Assembly: GCF_027921745.1 (NCBI RefSeq) | Contig: NC_079240.1 | Coordinates: 62,001-126,000, forward strand | Source: Schizosaccharomyces osmophilus | Lineage: Eukaryota | Direction: 5' to 3' | Length of the DNA: 64,000 nt | Shown here: positions 1-10,121 of the stretch, one piece after another | Layout: every line of letters starts with the position of its first letter | Position numbering within the stretch: position 1 is the first letter of the stretch | Program-made: the position numbers and the translations under genes | Notes under the pieces: model-generated | What the model was told of the DNA's origin: nothing | The model's database searches: none | The model's input: only the letters and a program-made list of their open reading frames with translations

Positions 1-854
1 AGAATAAGCAATTAGTTGTCCTTTCATCATTTGGGGATCGATTTTTATCTGATGGATGCTGCTTTTTAGCTTACCATTGGTCAAGAAGGGCAACATATCT
101 GCAATGTTCACTCTGAGGCAAGCAAGTTGTTAATAAAAAGGACAGAACAAATACAATATAAGTTTTTTACATACGAAATCACATCCTTGTCAATTGAAAC
201 TCTAACCCAATCGGGTATAATATCCACTTCTGGAGGTTTGATTTGTAAAAATCCTTCTTTTCTTTGAATAAGTAGGGTGATTGTCCCACAATCAAAATTA
301 CAATCAGTATCCACATCGTCCTTTTTGTGTTCTACTCCCTCAGGAACGCTATACTTTATGAGACGAATAAAGTCCTCGGTAGAACTATGGTATTTGCTAA
401 AGAAATCACTTGGAAGTTCTAATCCAAGAGCGATTAAATCAAGAAGTTTTAGTGAAAGATTGTAGCATTGTTTCTGAAACAGTGTCATTTCGGGCAAGAA
501 TTTACGGATGGCGGGGCTAATAACTTCTCGATTTGAGTGAGGAAATCTTGCTAGGTCATAAAATTCCTTCGTGGCTTTAGTAGATGGATCATCTGAATAC
601 AACTTTTCACCCATACGTTTTGAATATCCTGCTTGCAATTCTCCTCCTTTAAACCTGAATTTTTCCTTTTCCTCAATTGGTAAATTAAAAAACTCATCGC
701 TGATTTTAAAGACTCCTTCCATCTGTTCTATATCAATTCCGTGGTTTTTCACCATGAAAAATCCCCATTCTTTACAAGCATTGACCACCTTCATACTAAC
801 AAAGTGTGTATTTTGCTCAGACAGATCTATAAAGGGTAAATGTAACGATTCCAT
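1..854 (-). CDS. 2OG-Fe(II)/iron-ascorbate oxidoreductase family protein (SPCC1494.01-like), 3' end outside the window, catalytic residues degenerate
   Basis: DIOX_N motifs LPFIDLS, ACKEWGFFMVKNHGI, FFNLPIEEKEK. Intron 174..113 (GTATGT...CAG) splices in frame to VNIADMLPFLTNGKLKSSIHQIKIDPQMMKGQLIAYS. The HxD motif reads NFD. Confidence 0.85.
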
Positions 855-1568
855 TTGGCATAGGTATAGTTATTAATATAATGAGAGTATAAAATGAGTG
901 AATTCCAAAACTTAGACGGACGTAGAATTCTTTGTTGTTGTACGTTAAGAAGCTAATAAAACAGTAATACTCTTTACGATCATTCAAAGCCCTTCTTCAA
1001 CTGAAGAAAAGTCATATAAGTACGTAATAGTTTTGTCATATATGTACTTATCTCTTGCCACTAGATATTTGTTAAACGAAAATTCTAATTTTATTTAATT
1101 TTATACTACTTGGCCATCATTCGTTTAATTCTGTGATTTTTTAATAGGATAAAACTTTCCATTATAGAGAAGAAATTTCCTTTCATCCTTGACAACTTAA
1201 GTTTAACACTACCCACTATTAAGCTGAAAAGTTTTGTTCTTTTTAGTAAAAGAAGAAACTTCGAACAACGTGGGCTTACTGCTCAACTTGGCTTCATTCT
1301 CTCGCTGTATGCATTCTTCTATTTTATAAGAGTGAAACTAACACCTGTGACTTGACGTTAGCTTTCACTCTCATACCCACTACCTCCGTCTTGCTCTTAC
1401 TCCGTAGTCATACGTACCCTTTACTTACAGTTATTTATTATTGCAACACCAATTGTCACTTGATCTCCAACTTTCATCTTGAACTTGGTACATTCTTTAT
1501 ACGTACGTGTTGTTCTTCATTGTAGCTATTAGAAAAAAAAAATCAAATCAGATTTTCTCTCTTGTTGC

Positions 1569-2440
1569 TTGCCCGATTTTTACAAACAGAATTTGGAAAC
1601 AAATTGCACGATTGTCTCTTCTCTTTCTTTCCAGTATGAACATGTCTATGGTCTAAGAAGGAATGAGCGCCAACAAAGCGATTTAGGATTCATCGAATAC
1701 AAATTCAAATACAAACGAGATGATCAACTCTTTCTTACGCTGCTTCATGAACCTATCTTTGTTTACTCCACAAATCATTATTCCGATCTCGCGAAAGCAC
1801 TGGGAGCACTAGAAACCTCTGTAATCGAAAGAAAGTAAGAGGATGTCTGGTATTACTACCAATACATCAATTTAAACTCATAGTTGGACCCAAAAAACAT
1901 TGAGGAATTTGAGTGAATCTCAGACATGAAACCTATTTGCGAAAAAAGCGAATATGAGTTCTGTCGTCTTCTCCCGACTCCAAGTGAAAGTGTGCGAGAC
2001 TTGTTGTTGAAAAACATTTTTAAGATTTACCAACGCTTTTACTTTCCAAAACCTATTGAATTTTTTTATCTAGGCTCTTCCTGAGAGAAAGATCCCCATC
2101 GAGTGGTTTAATTGACTTTTGATATATCGGAGAAGACACGCTTCTCAAGACAATGTTAAAACCCGTCGCGTAGGAAGTAACGGATGGATACCAAGAGCAG
2201 AAAAATTTTGAAAGAATTGCATCTAGCTATTCAACAGAAACAATATATCAACGTTTCGTTTACGGCTCAACTATAGACTACAAAGACATTTCTAGGTTTG
2301 AAAGGATTGCCGATTTGATACCTTTTTTAAAAGAACACAAGATTACGGAATCTTTACTATGTCAAGTATTGGAAACTTTTGCTAATACAGTGTAAAAAAA
2401 GATCTGGAGACGGTTTATTGAAACTACAGGCTTTTTTTAG
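1569..2440 (+). pseudogene. Decayed protein-coding remnant, family unknown
   Basis: One frame runs 1569..~2111 with only 5 stops in ~180 codons. After an apparent frameshift, another ~73-codon open stretch follows (EVTDGYQEQKNFERIASS...LETFANTV). Stop density is low for such AT-rich DNA. Confidence 0.45.
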
Positions 2441-4758
2441 TAAATTTACTTCATTCATATTACCATTTCTGTATTCGTTGCTTTGTTTCATTTAATCTAA
2501 ATGGAACTAAACTGATAGATTTCTTTTCCAACAAACCTGCAAACCATTATTTTGCATTTTAAAGTATGTGCATTCTTCTCGTTTCTACCTAACATGAACT
2601 TGAATTCTAAATCTAATTCTTATCCTTTTGACAAAAACTCGTCAGAGACTAAGACTACCATCTCATAAAATATTAACAATTTGGAACGAGTCAAATTCTT
2701 ATTTTTATCTAGTATGTTGTTCAATCCTCTGTTGGTTTCTTCCTTTGATGATAAGTACTATTCATATACTCGCGAATCTTAGTTGGTGCAAAAATAAAGA
2801 GTGACGGAAACAAGTAAAGTCCTCAATCCTTTCATAAACAATAAAATAACTACCTTAAAGTTGAGCTAATCGGATTGTACTGTAAGTACGAATCTCAGAT
2901 GCGACATATTACGTTTATCATAATCATATATTTTATCTACCATATTTGGAAGACCCTTCCTTCATCTTCCTTCAATATTACTATGTTTTTGGTCTCCTGA
3001 ACGAGTAACAACGGCGGTTTTATCGTTGACGCACGAAGCATTATTTAGACAGGATAACACGTGATCTTTGTATAAGCCCAAGTTTTATCGTGTCCAAAAT
3101 GAAATCCAAAATCATAGCAGCTTAGCTTTCTTCCATAAGAACTGAATATGATGCCTTTTGATGAAGCCTATCAACCCTTATGATGGTAACGCTGGTTTTT
3201 CAGAGTACGGTTGGGCAAGGTCACTAAGGAAGAGAGGTATTAGAAGGAAATTTTTGGAGACGCTGCGATTCAAAAGTTCCTGCCATTGCTTTACCGGAGA
3301 TTGCAACGGATATGAATGGTACATTCATATGCTGCATAATCCGAGATGTTGTTAGTCCTCAAGTAGCATGGTAATCGGTAGCACAAGCAAAGGACGTCTC
3401 TGTTTTTTACCTTTTATAAGTAAGAATCAATCACGGAAGATGATTATAACTAGAAAAATTCTTCAGAATTGAAAAAAAATAAACGCATTTCCTTAAGAAA
3501 AGGCTAATGACTCAGTGCTTCTAGAGCAGCCAACAGGGTAGGATTAAAGTTTATAGTCCAAGTATTTATTTTTTATATTCTTTTATACTTTTCTCTCTAA
3601 AAATGTTAGACCACAGATTTAAATGACAACGAACTGTTACTATGGTATGGTATCATTAGAGGATAACTAAAAATAATGAGGAAGATTCGAATACAAAAAT
3701 AATAAATTCTTATGACAAGCGAACGTTCAATAGATTTTTATTTCATTTCTTCCTTCCTTTGAAGTTTGTTAGTCCATTAGACTAGCACTCAGTTGTTTGT
3801 TTTTGTTCATCGTTACTTGTAGCGTCGTGTTTGGGTAGTCTATTGAGGCATCATGTAGAAAATGTTGAATTGCATTAAGAATACGAAAGGATGTAGTGAG
3901 GCCGAAGCAGCATGTAGGGGAAATTAGATACAACCAAAAACTCTTTAATATTACATTCCTAGAACTAACTATTATTGACATGTAATCTTGGTCGGGATGC
4001 TTTTGGTAGCATCGTTACTGAAAGCTTTGACCTAAATTTTTCGGTTTTCTATTGTTATATTTTCATTTCTCTTTCAAAAAATATATATATGGAGTAGTGT
4101 TACAAACAATTTCTTATGTGGATATTTGTGGTTCCTGCTACAAACATGTAATGTATGTAATCTTTTAGTATTTGAACCCAGAATATTTTCTTTAAGTGCT
4201 CAAAACGATCTCGTGAAAATCGCAAATTTTGATACTCGTTCAAGGCATATATATTTTTGATCGAGGTCATAAGATAGCTTCTGAATATTCAAATACTACG
4301 AAGAGTCGAAACTGATTTTCATCGACATAAAATCTAAGGAAAGAGATAAATTTTCGCAGGTACAAAATTCGAGTTCTTGTATTTTACTATTCTGTCAATA
4401 ATTATAAAGATCAGTTTATGAGCCGATCATCCGAGCGCATGTAGAAAGCACTCTTTCAATTTAATTTCTTTCTCAGTACATTAATTGAGAAAAAAATCGT
4501 TAGACCTTAATACATGAAGCTGCTCCTTATCTGTTGCATTGAAAATGAAGCCTTCTTAATGACTTCTTGAAGTGAAGACAAAACAAACGTAAAGAATTCA
4601 GTTCCAATTGAACTAATTCCCTTTTGAGTTAGTAAATACATATGGATCCCGCCTCATTATAACAGCGTGCATTAAGGTGACGACAACTACTTGTTACTTC
4701 TACTACAGGAGGAAGATGAACCGCGCTTCATAAGACCTAAAGTTTTAGGGACAGTACC

Positions 4759-5541
4759 ATGTCGAATAACAGTCTTTCTCTTGAAAACAAAGTCGCCATC
4801 GTTACAGGAGGCTCCAGAGGTATCGGAGCAGGAATTGTTGAGACACTGGCGAACCGTGGTGCTAAAGTTGCAATCACATTTACCTCTGAAAGCAGTAAAG
4901 ATGCAACGGAACAATTGGTGAAAAAGATTAAGGATTTAGGCACTTCAGCAGATGCCATCACTATTCAAGCCGACTTGCGTGACATTGCAAGTGCTAAGCA
5001 TATCGTCGATACTACTGTCAAAGCGTTTGGTCCCACCATCCATATTCTTGTTAATAATGCTGGATGCGGAGGTGCAGTAAAGTCACTAGGAACTTCAACC
5101 ATTGAAGATTACAATGATGTCTTTGACGTAAATGTTAGAGCCGTCTTCTTCATGGGAGAAGCTGTGGCACCCCATCTCCCCAATAAAGGTGGTAGGATTA
5201 TTAATATTGGAAGCATTTTAGGAAGAAAGGGTTTTGCTCAGTTTCCTTTATACTGTGCGAGTAAAGCAGCAATTGAAGGCTTCACAAGATGTTGGGCCGC
5301 TGAATTGGGCCACCAAGGGCACACGGTGAATCAAGTCAACCCCGGATCAGTCGACACGGATATGCTAAGAGAAGCGATATCGGATGAATTTTTGCAAGTG
5401 ATGAGAAACGAAACTCCATTTGAGCATCGCATTGGATTAACTTCCGATATTTCTGAAGTTGTTGGGTTTCTGGTTGAAGATAGAAGTCAATGGATAACAG
5501 GGCAAACCATATCGGTTTCTGGCGGAATGACGATGTATTAA
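4759..5541 (+). CDS. Classical short-chain dehydrogenase/reductase (FabG/3-oxoacyl-ACP reductase-like), copy 1
   Basis: TGGSRGIG, NNAG, YCASK, VNPG and WITGQ motifs; intronless, 260 aa. Confidence 0.95.
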   Translation: MSNNSLSLENKVAIVTGGSRGIGAGIVETLANRGAKVAITFTSESSKDATEQLVKKIKDLGTSADAITIQADLRDIASAKHIVDTTVKAFGPTIHILVNNAGCGGAVKSLGTSTIEDYNDVFDVNVRAVFFMGEAVAPHLPNKGGRIINIGSILGRKGFAQFPLYCASKAAIEGFTRCWAAELGHQGHTVNQVNPGSVDTDMLREAISDEFLQVMRNETPFEHRIGLTSDISEVVGFLVEDRSQWITGQTISVSGGMTMY

Positions 5542-5769
5542 TTTGTATGACAAGCCAGATCGATTGGCATTAATGGTAATGTTCCTTCTCGTCAGATGAT
5601 AAGCCCATAAACCAAACATAATTAATATGAAATTTCGCATGTTATTGAAAAAAAGAACCGTAACGTGTTTTAGTGGAAGTAGTACATCTACTCGTCTACG
5701 GTATACATATGTTAGCATTGAAATGGGCAGTAATTCAAGGAGTGTCATTTGCTACATAATACTGAAAGC

Positions 5770-5832
5770 AACTAGATAGTTAAACCAAATGATCTTCCCA
5801 TAAATATTGTATACTGCGTACCGGCCTTGACA
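5770..5832 (-). mobile_element. Possible degenerate LTR-end fragment
   Basis: CCGGCCTTGACA at 5821-5832 resembles the family terminus CTCGGCCTTGACA; the other end was not found. Confidence 0.3.
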
Positions 5833-6129
5833 GTTGAAAGCGTTGTCCTGTAATATAACAAATTAAAAAACACTATTTATTTTGGCTTCTGTTACTCAAG
5901 ATATACTGAACTTACTTTGGAATTTCAATTTTTGGTGTCTTTCGTGAAGCAGCATCAATACGGATTGTATTGACCTAAAAACATATTAAATTTACTGAAC
6001 ATTCAAAAGGTCTAATAAATGCCTTTGAAACATAATCATATTACCAGTGTCTATACCAAAATTTAATAGAGGCTTCATTAAGAACATTAGTCTTGTACGT
6101 GCCAATGCATTTAAAAAAGGGTACAAATA

Positions 6130-6864
6130 TGTCACAGAAGAGGTCTCACTTGTTATGAAAATAAGTACTCAGTGGAGAGTAAGTTACATTTTTTAACAAG
6201 TTAGATGCTTTAATAGCACTTAAAATAGATATTTATAGCTACCAGGGATCTGGTTCACTGAATTAGTTGTATAGACAATTTATTCAGCTAGACCAGTCAA
6301 ATCTTCCAATCCGAAGATTTGAGCTACTAAAACTGGGTATCTATATCTTCTAAAATAGTTAACACTGTTCCTTCTGATAAAGTTTGTTAAAAATTTCCAT
6401 TGTTTACATTTTGTACTAAAAAACTCGTTTGTATAAACATTATACAATAACTCGGTGTCACAGGATGTATCTCACTCGTTATGAGAATAAGTATTCAGTG
6501 GAAAAGATGTAAGTAATAACAATTCAGTAAATTGTATGTTGACTTTAAATTGGATGCTTTAATACTACTAGAGAAGAATAGCAATAGCTTCCAGGGATCT
6601 GATTCACAAAGCAAGTTGTAAGAACAATTTTATTTAGCTAGATCAGTCAAATCTTCCAATCTGAAGATTTGAGCTCTCAGCAGAGGTATATATATCTTTC
6701 TAGGATTAGTAAGCTTCTAAATAACTTTAGTTCTAGATTTATAAAATTTTCAATCGCAAAAATGAACATTTAGTTTTTGTAATAACGTATTTGATAATAC
6801 AATACATTTATTGTATAAAAATATTAGTAATATCGTATACCGGTTATGACACTCGGCCTTGACA
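6130..6864 (-). mobile_element. Solo LTR (outer) of the Tf-like family, interrupted by a second LTR
   Basis: TGTCACAG at 6130 and CTCGGCCTTGACA ending at 6864 match the reverse complement of the 62353 LTR termini. 6280-6455 aligns with the reverse complement of 35444-35630. Confidence 0.85.
6456..6851 (-). mobile_element. Solo LTR (inner, nested) with 5-bp target-site duplication
   Basis: TGTCA...TGACA termini flanked by CTCGG (6451-6455 and 6852-6856). Its first ~240 nt are clearly similar to 6130-6350. Confidence 0.9.
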
Positions 6865-7040
6865 TCTTTGACACTAATAATAGTTTTCCCATTTAATATT
6901 TCGACTGTAACTGGCTGACACAGATAAGCTATCAGGTATGAGATAATCGATGGGTTATGACAGTAAAGTGAGCTCATAGCTGAACAAATATATATCTGCC
7001 AAATTCTTGTTTAAGAAACTTCAAGCTAGTTGTTTATAAA

Positions 7041-7814
7041 ATGTCAAACAACAGTCTTCCTCTCGAGAACAAAGTCGCCATTGTCACAGGAGCCTCACGA
7101 GGTATTGGTGCAACAATTGCAGAGGAATTGGCAAGTCTTGGTGCCAAAGTTGCCATTACTTTTACCTCCGAGAGTAGCAAGGGAGCGACGGAGAAATTGG
7201 TGAAAAAGATTAAAGGTTTTAACGCCCCAGCAGATGCGATTGAAATACAGGCTGACTTGCGTGATGTTAAAAGCCCTAAACATATCATTGATGTCACGCG
7301 TATAGCTTTTGGTCATACCATTCATATCCTTGTTAATAATGCAGGCTACTCACTTAGTCCAAAACCGGTGGGAAGTTGTACTGTAGAAGATTATAATAAA
7401 ATTTTCGATCTGAATGTTCGAGCTATCTTTCTCATGGGAGAAGCCGTGGCATCTCATCTCCCCAGTAAAGGTGGAAGAATCATCAATATTGGAAGCACTG
7501 CAGGAAGGACAGGAATGCCCCAGATACCGTTATATTCTGCAAGCAAGGCTGCTCTTGAAGGATTCACGAGATGTTGGGCAGCTGAATTAGGTCCTAAAGG
7601 TCATACTGTCAATCAAGTCAATCCAGGGGCGGTGGAGACGGACATGATGAGAGGGTTCGGTGGAGCAGAAGAATTTGCCAAAATTACTCCCTATGAACAC
7701 CGCCTTGCTCATCCCGAAGAAATAGCAAATGTTGTCGGTTTTCTCGTTCAAGAGAATGGTCGATGGATTACTGGACAAGTGGTATGTGCTTCTGGTGGAA
7801 TGCGAATGTATTGA
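7041..7814 (+). CDS. Classical short-chain dehydrogenase/reductase, copy 2 (tandem paralog)
   Basis: TGASRGIG, NNAG and YSASK motifs; collinear with and highly similar to 4759..5541. Confidence 0.95.
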   Translation: MSNNSLPLENKVAIVTGASRGIGATIAEELASLGAKVAITFTSESSKGATEKLVKKIKGFNAPADAIEIQADLRDVKSPKHIIDVTRIAFGHTIHILVNNAGYSLSPKPVGSCTVEDYNKIFDLNVRAIFLMGEAVASHLPSKGGRIINIGSTAGRTGMPQIPLYSASKAALEGFTRCWAAELGPKGHTVNQVNPGAVETDMMRGFGGAEEFAKITPYEHRLAHPEEIANVVGFLVQENGRWITGQVVCASGGMRMY

Positions 7815-8593
7815 TCCATTGATCATGGTGAGATAATATCCAAGAATGGACGACTGGACCTTTTCCTTTACGAGACGAAGTAGTTCATTTTTCCTTTCTT
7901 TCATAGCTTTAGTGATAGTAAACGTTGGTAATGATTTATAAAAACTTACTTTAAACTTATAGTATAATGGTCGATAGTAAATTGAAGTCTTGTATGACAG
8001 TGAAGGTGTAAATGTATGAATTTGTTATTGTGTGTAAATATCGCTCGTTAGCTTGCAAAAATGGTACAATGAGAGCTTTCATTTATACAGTTCTACATAG
8101 ACAAAATTCTCTCAGGTATGCATAGGCTTATATTTATTTGACTAGTTTCTTTGTTCAAGGTTCATTCCACAGTCCCCCCTTCTCACCGGTGGTAATAGTT
8201 TCAAATCTTACACCATCCGTAAGGATGCCAGCCAGACCCATGGAATAGGCAAGAAAGGCAATTCAATAATTCTTTAGCCCAGTGTTTGTAATATATGAAT
8301 ATGGCAGTCAAGTGGTCTACTAAACAATAAAACCTTTCTGCTAAACAAAATCGGTTCAACTTTTTCAGAGCTGATGTCTGTTACTGAACCTCGCATTTAT
8401 TACTTCTGAGCTAAAGGAATCCGTCTTCACTATATTGTTTAATGTTTTTCAAGGCTTTTATACTTGCAGTATACGATTTAAAAATATCGTAATTTTGTGC
8501 ATTTTTCTTTAAATTTTATGTACAATAGGCTACAACTATGCTTTGTTGAGAGGGTTGAACGACACTCGTTTGGCAGATTAGTAAGAAAAAAAA

Positions 8594-8646
8594 TTTTTTG
8601 CCTTCTCGGACAGAATAGCGATGATAAATTTTTTTTGCCTTCTCGG
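8594..8646. repeat. 16-bp direct repeat in the yhb1 promoter
   Basis: TTTTTTGCCTTCTCGG at 8594-8609 and 8631-8646. Confidence 0.7.
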
Positions 8647-8849
8647 GCCGGATGGTTTCCAATGTTTTGAAACAGCACCGCTTAAAAATGGACTGACTTT
8701 TTGAGAATAAATTGAGATAATTTCATTGAAAAATTTCTTAGTGAAATACGATCATATATTGTCACACCATAGTTGCAGTCCTGGTTAAGATCTTAATACC
8801 GTTATATATACCTGAATAAGTGCAAAAGTCCTGGCACCCATATAGCAGA

Positions 8850-10121
8850 ATGGCAGCACATCGGACTGGCGATGTCAACGCGGCAAATGGCTACAAGAAT
8901 CAACCTAGTGGATATCAATTGAAAGAACTGAATGATTCGCAAAAGCAATACATACGTTCTTCCATCCCTATCCTGGAATCATCTGGAGTAGAATTAACGA
9001 AATTGTTTTATCAAAAAATGCTGAAGAACTATCCCGAAGTGCGTCCATACTTTAACAAAGTACATCAGAAATCTTTGTCTCAACCACGGATTCTAGCATT
9101 CGCCCTATTAAACTATGCTCGAAATATTGATAATCTTACTCTACTTTCAGAATTGGTTGATCAAATCGTTACCAAACACGTTGGTTTACAAATTAAAGCT
9201 GAACATTATCCCATAGTTGGACATTGTTTATTAGCTACAATGCAGGAAGTGCTCGGAAGGGACATCGCTTGTCCTGGATTTTTAGAAGCTTGGACTATTG
9301 CTTATGGAAACTTGGCAAAGATTTTAATTGACAAGGAAAAGAGCGTTTATGAGAACCAACCATGGAACGGTTTTGCTGAATTTGAGGTGGTAAAGCTTAT
9401 AGACGAGTCTTTCGATGTAAAATCTGTCTATTTTGCACCAAAGAACAAAGAGTTTAAAATTGCCCCCGCTTATCCAGGTCAATACATTACTATCGCATGG
9501 AAGATACCAGGGTTGCCTCACGAAACACTCCGGGAATATTCTTTATCCAAGTATCCCGATATTCAAAATAATATGTACCGCATTTCTGTGCGTCGCATTA
9601 AAGATGGGGTTGTTTGTAATTATGTCCATGAGCATTTAAAGAAAGGCGATGTTGTTGGGGTTAGTCCACCAGTCGGTAAATTTACATATAGAAAGTTTGA
9701 AGGAAATCAAAGTCTTCCGGTACTTTGTTTCGCCGGTGGTATAGGTATAACTCCAATCATATCTATCGTTGAAAGCGCTTTGTTGGATGGGAGGAAAGTT
9801 GTTTTCTGTTACTCTAACAGAAACTATGTGTCTCGCCCTTTTAAAAATTGGCTTTTACAAATCAAGGATCAGTATAAAGATCAAATTAAACTGAAAGAGT
9901 TCTTTTCACAGGAGGCGTATGTGCACAATGAGGAAGTTATTGACGAGTTAATGACACGCGTTTTACATCGTGCAGATATAAAGGAATTGATCTCTGCTGA
10001 CTGCGACATATATTTGCTTGGACCCAATAACTACATGCGATTTGTTAAAGAAGAACTTTTAAAACTTGGGGTGCAACCAAATAAAATAGCAACCGAGTTT
10101 TTCGGGCCATACTCTCCTTAG
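8850..10121 (+). CDS. yhb1: Flavohemoglobin / nitric oxide dioxygenase
   Basis: Globin domain (KHVGLQIKAEHYPIVG), FAD domain (PGQY, REYSLS), NAD domain (AGGIGITP, EFFGP). First ATG is 8850; the ORF track starts at an upstream GTG. Confidence 0.96.
   Translation: MAAHRTGDVNAANGYKNQPSGYQLKELNDSQKQYIRSSIPILESSGVELTKLFYQKMLKNYPEVRPYFNKVHQKSLSQPRILAFALLNYARNIDNLTLLSELVDQIVTKHVGLQIKAEHYPIVGHCLLATMQEVLGRDIACPGFLEAWTIAYGNLAKILIDKEKSVYENQPWNGFAEFEVVKLIDESFDVKSVYFAPKNKEFKIAPAYPGQYITIAWKIPGLPHETLREYSLSKYPDIQNNMYRISVRRIKDGVVCNYVHEHLKKGDVVGVSPPVGKFTYRKFEGNQSLPVLCFAGGIGITPIISIVESALLDGRKVVFCYSNRNYVSRPFKNWLLQIKDQYKDQIKLKEFFSQEAYVHNEEVIDELMTRVLHRADIKELISADCDIYLLGPNNYMRFVKEELLKLGVQPNKIATEFFGPYSP

Noticed and set aside
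1034..1194. TGTCA at 1034 and CCTTGACA at 1187-1194 as a possible small LTR
   Set aside because: Only 161 bp, no internal similarity to the LTR family and no TSD.
3000..3400. Slightly GC-richer stretch with a 65-aa ORF
   Set aside because: No consistent frame or recognisable motif on either strand.
6130..6700. Direct repeat first considered a tandem duplication or CRISPR-like array
   Set aside because: Explained by nested LTRs with TG..CA ends and a TSD; eukaryotic sequence with no spacer array.
8147..8156. Ste11 TR-box match TTCTTTGTTC (similar ones near 20940 and 50556)
   Set aside because: Single short matches are expected by chance in T-rich DNA.
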